From Paecilomyces variotii (taxonomy: Eukaryota): a stretch of DNA of 64,000 nt. This document shows positions 42,006 through 53,154 of the stretch, in pieces. The notes under the pieces were generated by a model. It was not told where the DNA came from. It worked only from the letters and a program-made list of their open reading frames with translations, and ran no database searches. The position numbers and the translations under genes are program-made. Each line of letters starts with the position of its first letter. Position 1 is the first letter of the stretch. The stretch lies in NCBI GenBank assembly GCA_004022145.1, contig RCNU01000001.1. One strand, written 5' to 3'.

Positions 42006-44476
42006 GGGTATTCTCAGTTAGAATGTCTAACGCACGTAAGGTGCCGTTCTAGTAGATTCAAGATATGCCGGATGCTTCTTTAGGCAGCCTCATCCGTCCC
42101 ATACTTAGGGAATAGTAGTTCATCAGAAACTTCCCTTTTTTTTCCCTTTTCTTCTTTTAGCAGTAATTGTATATTGAATCGTCACCAAATAGAATGATTG
42201 GACACCATACCATATGCAGAACCCCCTCAAAGCACCAAGTAGGTCTCCCAGGATGAGAAATTTTGTGTGATTAGCCGTATCGTCCGGACAGATTCCCACA
42301 AGGACGGAAAGTGGCCGGCATGGATCGAACCTAAGAGATGTCCTTGCAAAGGACTCCAGGCTGACAGGACGTGTCGCTGGCCACCTCGATCGGGGGCCAT
42401 GCTGATCATCCCTATTTACCGTGAATAATGATTTTTCGAGCACGCTGAGCGTGAAGTGGTTCGAACATGTGGCGTGCCGATCAGGCGGGAACAGATGTCT
42501 CGGCCGTGGAGAATTGGATCCTCTGGGGAGCTTGGGGTGGGACACGCGGGCCGAGTATAATAGCTAGTCGAGAAATTAGTTCATAATTCTTCAAGTACTA
42601 TATACTCTTCGACAGTCAATATCCCTGCCTCTGTCGGAAATGGGCCGGACCCTGCCGATAGTTTGTGCTCCTCGGTAAAACAAACCATCTTTTCCTTCGG
42701 ACTTTTAGACAATTTCATTGACTTCCTAAATGAATAACTATCCAGAAAACAAACTCCGTGTTCTAATAGGGGACTTACCTCAAGGCTGACACTAGGTTAA
42801 GGGCTATAGCATATTTGCAGATGCCCGACGACTGTATGATAGTTCCATGGTAGTCCATTATTTCTTGGCCCGATAGTTCATTTACCGCCGTAGACGGATT
42901 CCATCAGTCATTCCATCATGGCGTCACTCTGTGGGAATTCGAGTGAATATCCCCATTGAACTGGTAGATCAGTCTGCCTAGCTCTCTTCTCTTTAGAGTC
43001 CAAAGCATCTTCGGATGGATAAGTTTCCCAGGATGTCCCTGTCGACATAAGCGTCAGAAGTGGATCCCGCTTAGTCCCACTCTAACGGCGATGCTGCCGT
43101 TATAGTTATCTGATAATCGCATAACTTTGATCAGAGATCATCAGGCCCCTTCAAGCGAAGTTGAAGACCATGTTCTGCTCCACTAATGGGAGCAGATTCC
43201 AAGGAACGTACTGGAACCATGCGGCTATTATTGATGTCTCTTATTCCGAGGTTTTCCTGATCAATTGTGCTCGTGATACTCAACCTTCAGGAACAACACT
43301 TGGCATCCGCACAAGCCCGAGAGTGGAGTTATCATACAACCTTGAGCTAAAGCCGGACGATTGCCGTGAGCTGTAATGAAGTCCTGGGCAACGCTTTTGC
43401 GTTGATATCAGACGTTGGAGTAGTTCAAGCGGAGCGATTCAGACACCGATCTCCCGGCTATCTGTGCTGCTTCTTCAAAACCCGTATGGGGGATCCCTTT
43501 CACAAGGCCAAGGCCCTCAAGTTAGTCCGTCTGTGTGGATACGTGATTCCTCAATGAAGTGACTCCATCGGCAGGGTTTCGTAATTTACGTACACCACTG
43601 TCATGAATAAGCCACTCCACTAATGAAAAAGAAAGCACACAGGGCTGGAAAGGATTATTGGTGGCGTAGTCCCCGAAATATCAAACGATATTGCTCAATA
43701 ATTCGTTCTTTTGTAGTTCTGAATCCCGAGTTCTTGGCCCATTGTCTGGCCGTACAGGTCCTGAAGACTTCGTCCCGCTGCTTGGACTTCCACTCGACAG
43801 CGTTCCGCAGAGCTTGCGAGACAACTTAACACCAAGGCGAAAGGAGGATGATTTAGCCCCTGTGGATAGTACCGTTCAGCTTGCACAGAAAATATGTCAA
43901 TTGGAAACTCGAATTGAGTGTCGTTGAAACCTTTCTTTCTTCGTTACCGGGCTGCGATCAGTCCTCCATTGGCGGTTCTCGAGTATTCTGTCGCTTCGGG
44001 AAACTCCTCTCCAGCTAACAGATAACAACAATTCTCATGAGAAATTATACTTCCTTGGTGAAAGCAAGCTTCTGCGCGCTTCTTGTAACACCTCGATTGG
44101 CCCGTGACATGTCAAGTTACGTACTCGAACCGGTGTGAGTGGAGATTATACCAAATCAGTTACCTGAGTGACAATCGACATAGATTACTTTCAGGGCTCC
44201 ACTTACAGTCAGATTCAACCCGTCCCTTCGGGGACTTCTGTTCGTTAGGGGCCAGGCAGTCCTTTGCTCCGCAAAGTTCGGGTCAAAGAGATCTAGGTTT
44301 CCCGGGGCTCTGGATATTCCACGAGGTGATTGCTCAGGCAAGGAGGTATTTAGTAGGGAAATACTTACAGAATCAGGGTCTGAGCGGATATCAAAGACCC
44401 TATTTTCCATGATATCCTCTTCTATGTTTCCTTTGCGAGTCTTTCTGCTTCGTCCGTTAGCATTGATATCATTCAA

Positions 44477-46503
44477 ATGGCCGACTTCCTCTTTCCCGCG
44501 TTCGAGCAGCGGATTCGCTCTCACAGGAGGCTCCTCTACCCTGCATTCTTAACAGACTTGGTTCGAGGCGCTTCAGACGCTATTGAAGCACTCGAGTTGT
44601 TCCGCGGCCTCCTCCTGGGGACCAACAATGGTCCACAGTCAGTTGGTTTCATGGCCTTCGATGCACACGGAGGAGATACAGCATGTCATCTTCGAGCAGG
44701 GATGTTGCTTGAAGTCTTCTCAGTGCACCGCCAACTGATACTCGACCAAACTGTCGGGACACCAAGGATCCCCTTGTGGATCAACAAGTATATCCAATCG
44801 TTGGAAGAAACACGTGAGCGAGCAAAGAAACTCTGCGCGGCACTCACATATGACCGAGTTCATCCAACGAGGCTCGGTTTAGGGGCCAAAGAGGACACAT
44901 CTGAACATATACTCGGCGTCTTGGGATGGACAGAGCCTTTCTTCCCGCGAAACCGCGAGGGTTTATACGGCAGCATCGAGCCTTCCGGGGAGAGCCAGAA
45001 AGGCGTCCCTTTTATCACTGTCTTGAATAACGGGAACTTAACCCCCGCCTCTCTCGAGAGCCCCGAGAGCCCCGAGAACCCCGACCTCGAAGACCCTGGG
45101 CTTCTTAGCAATCAGCTCTCGTGCTTGAATCTGGCAGGACTCCCTCTTGAGCTCGATCACACAAAGCAAAATTGGCTCCATGGTGCTGGAAGACACGGTC
45201 CCCTCCATTCCGCCTATGAGTGGAACATTGGGGTTCCCCCTTCAAGTCCACCAAGGAGCCCCTCGTCCGGAGCCACTCCTTCCATTGATGACTTCGAAAG
45301 TGATGTCTCCCCTCTTCAAACGCGATGGGACCTCCTCGATGGTAGGCTTGTGGTTCGATTCATTGTTTTTTCCTATATCCTCTCAAAGTACAAGACATTC
45401 TTTTGTTCCAGGGACGTCGTCGGCGCTCGTCTATATCCGGAAGGTGCAGTCAGCCGCGGATATGAGTTGATGGAGCAGTCCTGGAATTTCAAAAACGTGG
45501 AATATAAGAAAGCAAAGCTTGAGAGAATGGCGCTGGAGCTCAGAGCTCTTCAGATGTGGCTATCCGATTTCAGCTGCGCCTGGCTGCAGTCCCTTTCGGT
45601 GAGATACTCTCCATCAAGTAACATGGCAAGGTGATCCATTCTGGTGTACTGTCTTGAAGCGAACATATCTAACGGTCCACTCAGACTGCTGCTCGGAACA
45701 GTCCAAAAGTCTGCCAAAGGGTTGACAGCGGCGGCTTGCTATCCCGGTTATATCCTTCTCCGCAACGAACTTGCTCGAGAGGAACAGACCTTCGTCATGA
45801 TTGACCGGCACTTCTGTCCACATGGTATGATAGTCTGTTTGCTATATAGCACCAAATGTTTTCAGACTGCTGACGAGTTACAGGAATCCATTTCAATGTG
45901 TTCCTAGCAGATCTCCACCATACAGGTAACAAGGAAGATCAAGAGACTCGCTGCGACACGCGGCTCGAGCCTGTCGATTGGAAGGTCAGACAAGTGACGC
46001 TTGACGACCTTTATAGTTTGCCGAATCAGTCAAGGCCCCATCCTGTCGTGATGGGTAATAGCATCCAGGGTGCGTCCGCAGATTACATCGCACGCTTATC
46101 ATCTCACTACACTTCAGATCCTGTGCGAACAAGCCTTCATGAAGACTCCTCGTGCGAAGAGAATGCGGCACATATAGAAGAATTCCTTGCTGCGGATCAT
46201 GATAGGCTATCTCTGTCCTTCTTTGCTGCCCACAAAAGCTATGCCTTCCCTCTCGCAAATGCACAGGATGAAGTAGAATTTGTGGGTTCAAGAATGGATG
46301 AAGAATGGCCCGGCCTTCGCGAGCGATGGCTCGCGTCTCGAGAGGAGATTTCCACATTAGGGGGCGGCGATCAAGGCCTCCATCTCTTCGGTTGGCAGCA
46401 TATGTTCGTCGATACCAAAGAACGCTTGGCTCATAAGTTGGATGTTTGGATCAAGAATGGGGAACTGATGCCGTTGTCTGCAGATGTCACGGCGAGGAAG
46501 TAA
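44477..46503 (+). CDS. Unknown ~637+ aa protein; candidate fungal tRNA-dependent cyclodipeptide synthase (RCDPS/AnkA-like). Exons 44477-45630, 45685-45824, 45884-46503; the 5' end may extend upstream
   Basis: Two canonical introns (45631-45684, 45825-45883) fuse three ORFs in frame. Motifs GGDTACHLRA, FSYILSKYK, LSDFSCAWLQ, QKSAKG, LDDLYS, FAAHKSY. The gene model is well supported; the function is inference. Confidence 0.6.
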
Positions 46504-46869
46504 TGTATTGGTTGGATCTCTGTGATGTTAATGATATCCCACGTTTCATGTCCATCGGTTAGTCGATAGTAAATAATGGAGAAACTCAAATCGATATCCC
46601 GGTCTGGCTTATTAACCTTGTCGCGAGGTGCCACGACTCCAAGATCGGACAGTTTCTGGTAATCTGGGATACACCATTGCTACTGGAGGTATCGCAGGAT
46701 AGGTAAGCTGCAGCATTTTTACTCCTGCCTTCCTGCATCCCTTCATCCCTTATATCCCGTGCCTCGCAAAGCTGAATTTCCAGGAAGATGGCGATATAAG
46801 CCGTTGCTGTGGGGTGAAGTCATTCAAAGTCATTATTGATGCGCTTGGGGGCGCGGGGTTTCCCGTATT

Positions 46870-47320
46870 CGAGATAAGCTTGCTCCCTCGACCAGTTAGC
46901 CGTTCTTTTGGAAGTGGAAGCCCATTTCACCTTCGGTCTTTTGGTTATCTGGCTCTGGTTCCTTATCTGTTAAGATCTGCCTTGATAATCGCGATACAGA
47001 AGACCGACAGAGCTCAAAAGCATGGTTTAGGAACATCAAAGGTCCCTCCCGGAACTGTCTCTTCGGGCTCTCTGTTTATTGTATGTAACACCAGCTCTGA
47101 CATGCGGCGAGAGAAAGGTCATTATCCCACAACAGTCTGCAGAAGGTGATCATCCCCAGAATTTCCTTACAGCGACGAGGATTCCCCGCGCCAATCATTC
47201 TTGCCGTTCTTGGTACTGGAATGCGGAGTTTCTGTCGGGATTCCAGATAATAATGTAACCCTATCGCCTTGTTATCTGGGCTTGGGCCTCTCTTGCTTCG
47301 CTCCTTGGCATGATAACAGC
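46870..47320. promoter_or_regulatory. Cluster of at least 8 GATAA/TTATC sites (AreA-type nitrogen regulation) upstream of the MFS permease
   Basis: GATAA/TTATC at ~46873, 46945, 46963, 46984, 47122, 47246, 47272 and 47312; fits a nitrogen-regulated DAL5/TNA1-type permease. Confidence 0.55.
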
Positions 47321-47355
47321 AGTCTAATCAGACTGTTATATAGCCAAGCATTGAG

Positions 47356-49028
47356 ATGTTCTCCCATCGTCGTACAGCTGGCGCTGGAAGATTCCGTCCA
47401 GAATATCAACGAGATCATTCAGTCACGGCCATGGTCTCCAGTCAAGAAGATCATTCAGTGGCAGATGATGTCACAAAGGATGCGGTCTCTAAGACAAGCT
47501 ACCATGACATTGACAAGATCGATAGCGGAGTCGGCCAAGCAGGCATCATCCACGATGTCGCGCGTGTGATTGACCACCAGGCTGAGCGTTCTCTTTGCCG
47601 GAAGTTTGACATCAGACTATTACCGATCATCGCTACCATGTATCTATTCAATGCGCTTGATAAAGGGAATCTTAGTAATGCTCAAACTGATGGGCTCAGT
47701 GACGGTAAGCTTCAAAGACACACTGCGCTTCTGATCACAACCATTTGGTTCTGACTGGGATATCGATAGATCTAAACTTCAAGCCTAATCAATATAACCT
47801 TATCCTGTCGATATTCTTTGTTCCTTATGTTGTCTTTGCGCCACCGATAGCAATGCTAGGAAAGCACTTTGGTGCTAACCGCACGCTTCCCATACTCATG
47901 TTTTCTTTCGGATCATTCACAATGTTGGGAGCAGCGACCAGGAATTTTGGTGGGATCTTCACGCTCCGATGGTTTCTGGGCATGTCAGAGGCGGCCTTTT
48001 TCCCGCTTGTGATTTACTACTTGACCACTTTCTATCGCCGTGGGGAACTTGCTCGACGCCTCGCCATCTTCTATGCGGCTTCGAACATCGCCAATGCATT
48101 CTCGGGTCTCTTGGCCTTCGGTGTATTTCAAATCAGGGATACGAGAATTGAGGGCTGGCGCTACCTTTTTATCATTGAAGGAGCATCTTCGGTCCTCTTC
48201 TCCATTTTCGCCTTTTGGTATCTTCCACGCAGCGCTGCTGAGGCGAAATTCCTCAACGAAGATGAGAAGAGGTTGGCATATCATCGCATTCAGGTTGATT
48301 CGAGCTCTGTTGTCAACGAGAAGTTCAACTTGCGCGAAGCTCTCGTCATTTTCAAACATCCGACTACCTATGCATTTCTGGCGATCGAGATCTGTTTGGG
48401 TGTTCCTCTGCAAGGAGTGTCATTGTTTATGCCTCAAATCGTGCAGCGGCTGGGATATCCGACCGTTAAGACTAACCTTTACACCGTGGCACCCAACATC
48501 ACAGGCGCTGTCATGCTTCTTGTCCTAGCCTTTGCTTCGGATGCCACCCGAATCCGGTCCGTCTTCATAGTCCTTGGGTTCCTGTTCACTTTTGCAGGTT
48601 TTATGATCTATGCCTCAATCAACGACGTGCAAGCTCAGATCAGACTTGCGTATTATGCTACTTTCATGATGACATGGGGCACTTCCGCGCCATCGGTACT
48701 CTTGAGTACTTGGTACAACAATAACGTCGCCCACGAGGGCAGACGGGTCTTACTGACGAGTATCGGTGTGCCTCTTGCCAATCTGATGGGGTTGGTAAGT
48801 AGCAACGTCTTCAGATCCAAGGATAAACCAAAATACATGCCAGCACTCATCACGATTGCTGCGTTTGGGGCAACCGGTGCATTATTGGCTGCGTTACTCG
48901 GGATCTATATGTGGCTAGATAACAAGAGAAGAGATCGACAGGCTGGAGTGAAGATTGATGCTCGAGATGTACCGACAGAGAGGCTGAGAAACGGCCCCGA
49001 TAGTCCAGAATTCCGCTGGTTTCTCTAA
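47356..49028 (+). CDS. MFS transporter, anion:cation symporter family (allantoate/nicotinate permease, DAL5/TNA1-like), 2 exons
   Basis: RKFDIRLLP...LDKGNLSNA, RWFLGMSEAAFFP, FYRRGELARR, GWRYLFIIEG; about 12 TM segments; C-terminal FRWFL. Confidence 0.93.
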
Positions 49029-49538
49029 TTTTTACTGGGACTAGGCGGCCTGAAGCACTGGGGATGTCTCTTCATTATTGATTTTTGTCCGCCCTTCATG
49101 CTTGGTATTTATTATCACGCTTTGAAAAATCGTACATGGTTTCTTTGGGATTTGGGTCGTTACCTATTCTCTGGATAGGATAGGGATCGTAGCTCTCAAT
49201 CCTGACTTTATGTTGCACTAGGAACTCCCAAGGTTTTATCAGTTGGAAGAGGATTTAAATTCTGCTGCACGTCAATGGGCGTGGTGTGATACGATCATAC
49301 GATACTCAAGCAGTGACCAATAGGGCAGGATGTGCCTCGGCTTCCCCTCTTACAGTAGTTACTTGACTAGCAGGTAGTTAGTTAACTAATCACTTCAAAC
49401 TACTGATTACAAAACATGTCTTACATGGTTCCCCGCCAGCATGAAATGAACGACTCTACTTCTTAATCCCCTCCCTTTACTTGTTCTCTTCAAGCTACCT
49501 GGATCTGTCATAGGTATTATTCCTTCAAAATCTTCACA

Positions 49539-50636
49539 ATGGTTCCCACAGTCCGCGCGCTCTTGTACAAAAAGATCCCCACCGGATTCCCTGTAGTAGG
49601 AGAGCATGTGGCCGTGGAAGATGTTCCTTTCGATATCTCGGCACCACCACCACCAGACGGTATCGTCGTCCAGGTTCTCTACTCGAGTCTTGATCCGTAC
49701 ATGCGCGGACGTATGCGACCTCCAGAAGTCGAGTCATATTTCCCCGCGTTCAAGACCGGAGAGCCTATCACAACCCGTTCTCTAGTCAAGGTGCTGCAAT
49801 CGAGCAATAGCCAGTTCAAAGAGGGTGATTTGGTTACTGGATTCTTCCCTATTCAGGAATATGCAAATGCTCCTGGCGATTCGTTCCAGGCCAGAACCAT
49901 CAAGCTTCTCAGCAACCCGTTCGGCATCGAGGATCTCCGGGTTTTCCTGGGTGCGCTGGGTTCATCTGGCTTAACGGCCTACTCGTCCCTGTATGAGATT
50001 GGAAAACCGAAGAAGGGAGAAACCATCTTTGTCTCTTCCGCTAGCGGCGCCGTTGGACAGATCGTGGGACAGCTTGCCAAGCACGAAGGTCTGAAGGTTA
50101 TCGGCAGCGTAGGCTCCGACGACAAGCTGAACTATATCCTCAATGACCTGGGCTTCGATGGCGGGTTCAACTATAAGAAGGAGAAGCCACTGGATGCTTT
50201 GAAGCGCCTGGCTCCCGAAGGTATCGATATCTACTATGATAACGTCGGAGGCGAGCAGCTGGAAGCGGCCCTTGATGCATTGAACAGCTTTGGCCGCATC
50301 GTAACATGCGGCATGATATCGCAATATAACCTACCACCTGAGAAACAGTATCCGCTCAAGAATCTCATCCACATCTTCCGAAAAAGACTCGAGATGCGAG
50401 GGTTTATCGTTTCGGATGCAAACATGGGTCCTAGGTGGGCAGAAGAGCATCAGATGAAACTAGGGCAGTGGATAAAGGACGGTACTTTCAAGGTTCGCAT
50501 CGATGAAACAGCAGGAATCGACCACGGGGCCGAGGCGTTGGTTGGTATTTTCGAAGGCAAGAATTTCGGGAAGGCTATTCTACGGATCCAGAAGGTCGGT
50601 TTATCTCCTGTTCCTTCTAGTAATGGGGCGTACTGA
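49539..50636 (+). CDS. NADP-dependent alkenal/enone reductase (PTGR/LTB4DH-like MDR); exact 3' end uncertain (possible terminal intron)
   Basis: SLDPYMRGRM, GLTAY, SASGAVGQIVGQLAK, YYDNVGG, CGMISQYN, GKNFGKA. Confidence 0.92.
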   Translation: MVPTVRALLYKKIPTGFPVVGEHVAVEDVPFDISAPPPPDGIVVQVLYSSLDPYMRGRMRPPEVESYFPAFKTGEPITTRSLVKVLQSSNSQFKEGDLVTGFFPIQEYANAPGDSFQARTIKLLSNPFGIEDLRVFLGALGSSGLTAYSSLYEIGKPKKGETIFVSSASGAVGQIVGQLAKHEGLKVIGSVGSDDKLNYILNDLGFDGGFNYKKEKPLDALKRLAPEGIDIYYDNVGGEQLEAALDALNSFGRIVTCGMISQYNLPPEKQYPLKNLIHIFRKRLEMRGFIVSDANMGPRWAEEHQMKLGQWIKDGTFKVRIDETAGIDHGAEALVGIFEGKNFGKAILRIQKVGLSPVPSSNGAY

Positions 50637-51200
50637 CTGGATAGTGATATAGTAAACGCCTAATGAGCCTGGTCAGGCGCCAAGTAGACCAGTACTCATA
50701 TGGTCTATGGTGACAATGATGACCGTAACATGGCTAGCATTTGGGTTTGTTCTTACGAACGCCGGACACGTTTTCTGTCGGCAAGTGCAGTCCCATGCGG
50801 GCTTCAAGGTATAATGATAAGTTATGGATTATGTCTCATGAAATCACTTTGGTTCAATACCTATGTGTCGCCGAAAACTTGGTAATCCTGTCTATAAAGT
50901 GCATTCTATAGCATATTTACCTGTTACAGCGGAGCAACATATATATATATATCCATGCCCTACCCCCAGTAGAATTAAAGCAGAAAACTTCTTCGCAACA
51001 ACGAGGCGCACATGCGCCCTTATTTCGTGCTAGGAGGGATAGAACTATCGGATATATAATATAGTCATCTGATGTACCGAACATCTATACCTTAAAGTGT
51101 ATAGGTGAAAATACCAGTAATCTCAAATGGATGCATTTTTACGATCTTGTGCAGACAATGGGGTCTTATATCATAGGTTCGGATCCACAATCACACAACA

Positions 51201-51272
51201 TCCCAATTGGTGTAGTGGCTAACATCGCCGTCTTTCACACGGCAGCCCGGGGTTCGATTCCCCGATTGGGAG
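51201..51272 (+). tRNA. tRNA-Glu (anticodon UUC), intronless
   Basis: Acceptor stem TCCCAAT/ATTGGGA, A-box TGGTGTAGTGG, anticodon arm GCCGT-CTTTCAC-ACGGC, T-arm CGGGG-TTCGATT-CCCCG, downstream T-run Pol III terminator (~51286-51295). Confidence 0.96.
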
Positions 51273-51969
51273 AACATCATCTGGATTTCTTTTTTGGTAT
51301 TTCAATAATACCAATCTCTCCCCGATAGGATCTTTTTTTTCTTCTTCCCCTCTTAAATGCAGAGAATTTACCGACATGGTCTATGATAGTAATTTTGGAA
51401 GATCATGCGACATGAAGGTGCATATAAATCCACGACGCGTAGCTACTGTAGATACAAGGTCGCGTACATATCCAAGGAGAGAGAATGCGCGTTGAAGTTT
51501 CTGATACCACTAATTCATCCGTGGTGCTATTTTCAATATATATGGCCAAGCCTGAAAAACCTAGCCATGATTCTCAGTGTCTCTGCCTCTCTTTAGCAGT
51601 AGTCATGAGTTTGATCCTAGCTAGGGATGCCAGTTTCGAAAGCAAGGCATAGGATAGACGACAAGCGGAGAGCAAGTCACTCAGATTCGTGGACCACACA
51701 CTAGAAATATAGGATACATTATGGGATTCCATGCCAACCTAATCCCTATAATGCCGAATCTCCGCGAAATAGATGAAAGTATAACATCGGTAGCGTGTTC
51801 CTGGTTGCCTGTTCTGCATAAATGTACTCAAATATCGTTAACGGAAGCAGAAGAAGAAGAAAAGAGGAAGAAGAAAAAGTCCTATCCCACATGTCCACGT
51901 CGCCAGATGGTCAAAAATGAAAACCGTAGATGTCAGTATGCATAAGTCATTATATGGCTCCCTGTCCGC

Positions 51970-53154
51970 TCATGGTATCCCGACTATCTGGGCCTCCACA
52001 TCGGATAGCAGGTGCCAACAGTAATCCCATCCATTTTCGCCGCGAAAGCAACCATATGGACATACCCAGTCCTCGTCCCAATCGAGCTCTTCCAGACATG
52101 TGTGCTCAGCGTGTTCACGCGAGGGATTCGGATTCCGTTGTTGCACGTGTGCCCAGGTCTTCCCAAAGAGCCACTCGGGTTTGCTTTGGACGCCAATATT
52201 TACGTGAGGCCCACGTTTGACGATGACGAGCACTTCCTTCGTCCTCTCCGCTTCGGACATGATGTATAAGTCCTCCTCTTCACCATACTCGTCCCACTCG
52301 TCGTCGTCGGAGGGTACCTCCTGCTCAAAGGCTTGTCTCAAATTTCGCTTCATGACTGTCCCCGGTGCGGGGTTTGGCGTGAGAGTACGATAGATGGTAA
52401 CGGACCCTTCCGAGCATATGCCGTCCCGGCTCCTGAGAATGCTATTCCAGACCGCGGGCTGGGGCAGGCGCACGCAGGCATCTTCGAAATCTTCCTCCCC
52501 TTCGTATCCGAATATGGTCGAATCACGCGTGACGAAATACAATTCCCTCCATCCGGATCCCTCCTGGACGAGATCTTCGACTCCCTTATACGCAAGTTCA
52601 CCGGTATAGGGCGTCAGAATAGTCAGTCGGCGGAGACGTAATGTTGGCAGAAGCTTCATTGCTAGCGTGATGCTGCATTCCCACGGAAGTACCATTTCCG
52701 AGTTGCTGATACTGACATCGTCGAACCCGTCGTCATTATGGTCATCGTGATCGACTACCGGGGTATGGAGAATGGCGCTGTTTCCCAAGGTTCGAGCGTA
52801 CCGGACTTGTGATAACGTTGCCTCCGGCAGCTTAGCTAGGGTCTCCATCATAACATCGATGCGCTCGAAATTGAACAGAGCGAGGCGCACCCATAGCGAC
52901 CCGATCTCCGAATGGACCTGACGACAGGTGAGAAGAAGCGCTAATCTCTTGAAGGTCTTGTGTCTATTTGTATTTATTCTGAAGTAGAAATTCAGTATCG
53001 TTGAGGAGAAGACGAATTTATAAATCTCATATCGCAATTCCGGGGGCAGATTAAGGAAACGACTTGAAGACGCGGTCAGAAGACGGACATCCTTCTCGCC
53101 ATCTTCTTCTTCTTCTTTTCTCAACCTGGGCCATTTCCCATTTTCAAGAGACAT
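51970..53154 (-). CDS. Hypothetical protein with an N-terminal F-box-like motif
   Basis: Intronless ORF from ATG 53154; SRFLNLPPELRYEIYKFVF and LALLLTCRQVHSE are typical of fungal F-box-like proteins; acidic patches. Confidence 0.75.
   Translation of the reverse strand: MSLENGKWPRLRKEEEEDGEKDVRLLTASSSRFLNLPPELRYEIYKFVFSSTILNFYFRINTNRHKTFKRLALLLTCRQVHSEIGSLWVRLALFNFERIDVMMETLAKLPEATLSQVRYARTLGNSAILHTPVVDHDDHNDDGFDDVSISNSEMVLPWECSITLAMKLLPTLRLRRLTILTPYTGELAYKGVEDLVQEGSGWRELYFVTRDSTIFGYEGEEDFEDACVRLPQPAVWNSILRSRDGICSEGSVTIYRTLTPNPAPGTVMKRNLRQAFEQEVPSDDDEWDEYGEEEDLYIMSEAERTKEVLVIVKRGPHVNIGVQSKPEWLFGKTWAHVQQRNPNPSREHAEHTCLEELDWDEDWVCPYGCFRGENGWDYCWHLLSDVEAQIVGIP

Noticed and set aside
47356..50636. 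MFS permease and alkenal reductase as members of the P450/OMT cluster
   Set aside because: The permease is an uptake-type ACS family member with a GATA-rich promoter, not a drug-efflux type, and both families are widespread. Membership is unsupported without co-expression data.
51201..51272. tRNA-Glu as a dedicated substrate gene for the putative cyclodipeptide synthase
   Set aside because: It lies ~4.7 kb away beyond two unrelated genes, and dispersed tRNAs are common, so proximity is likely coincidental.
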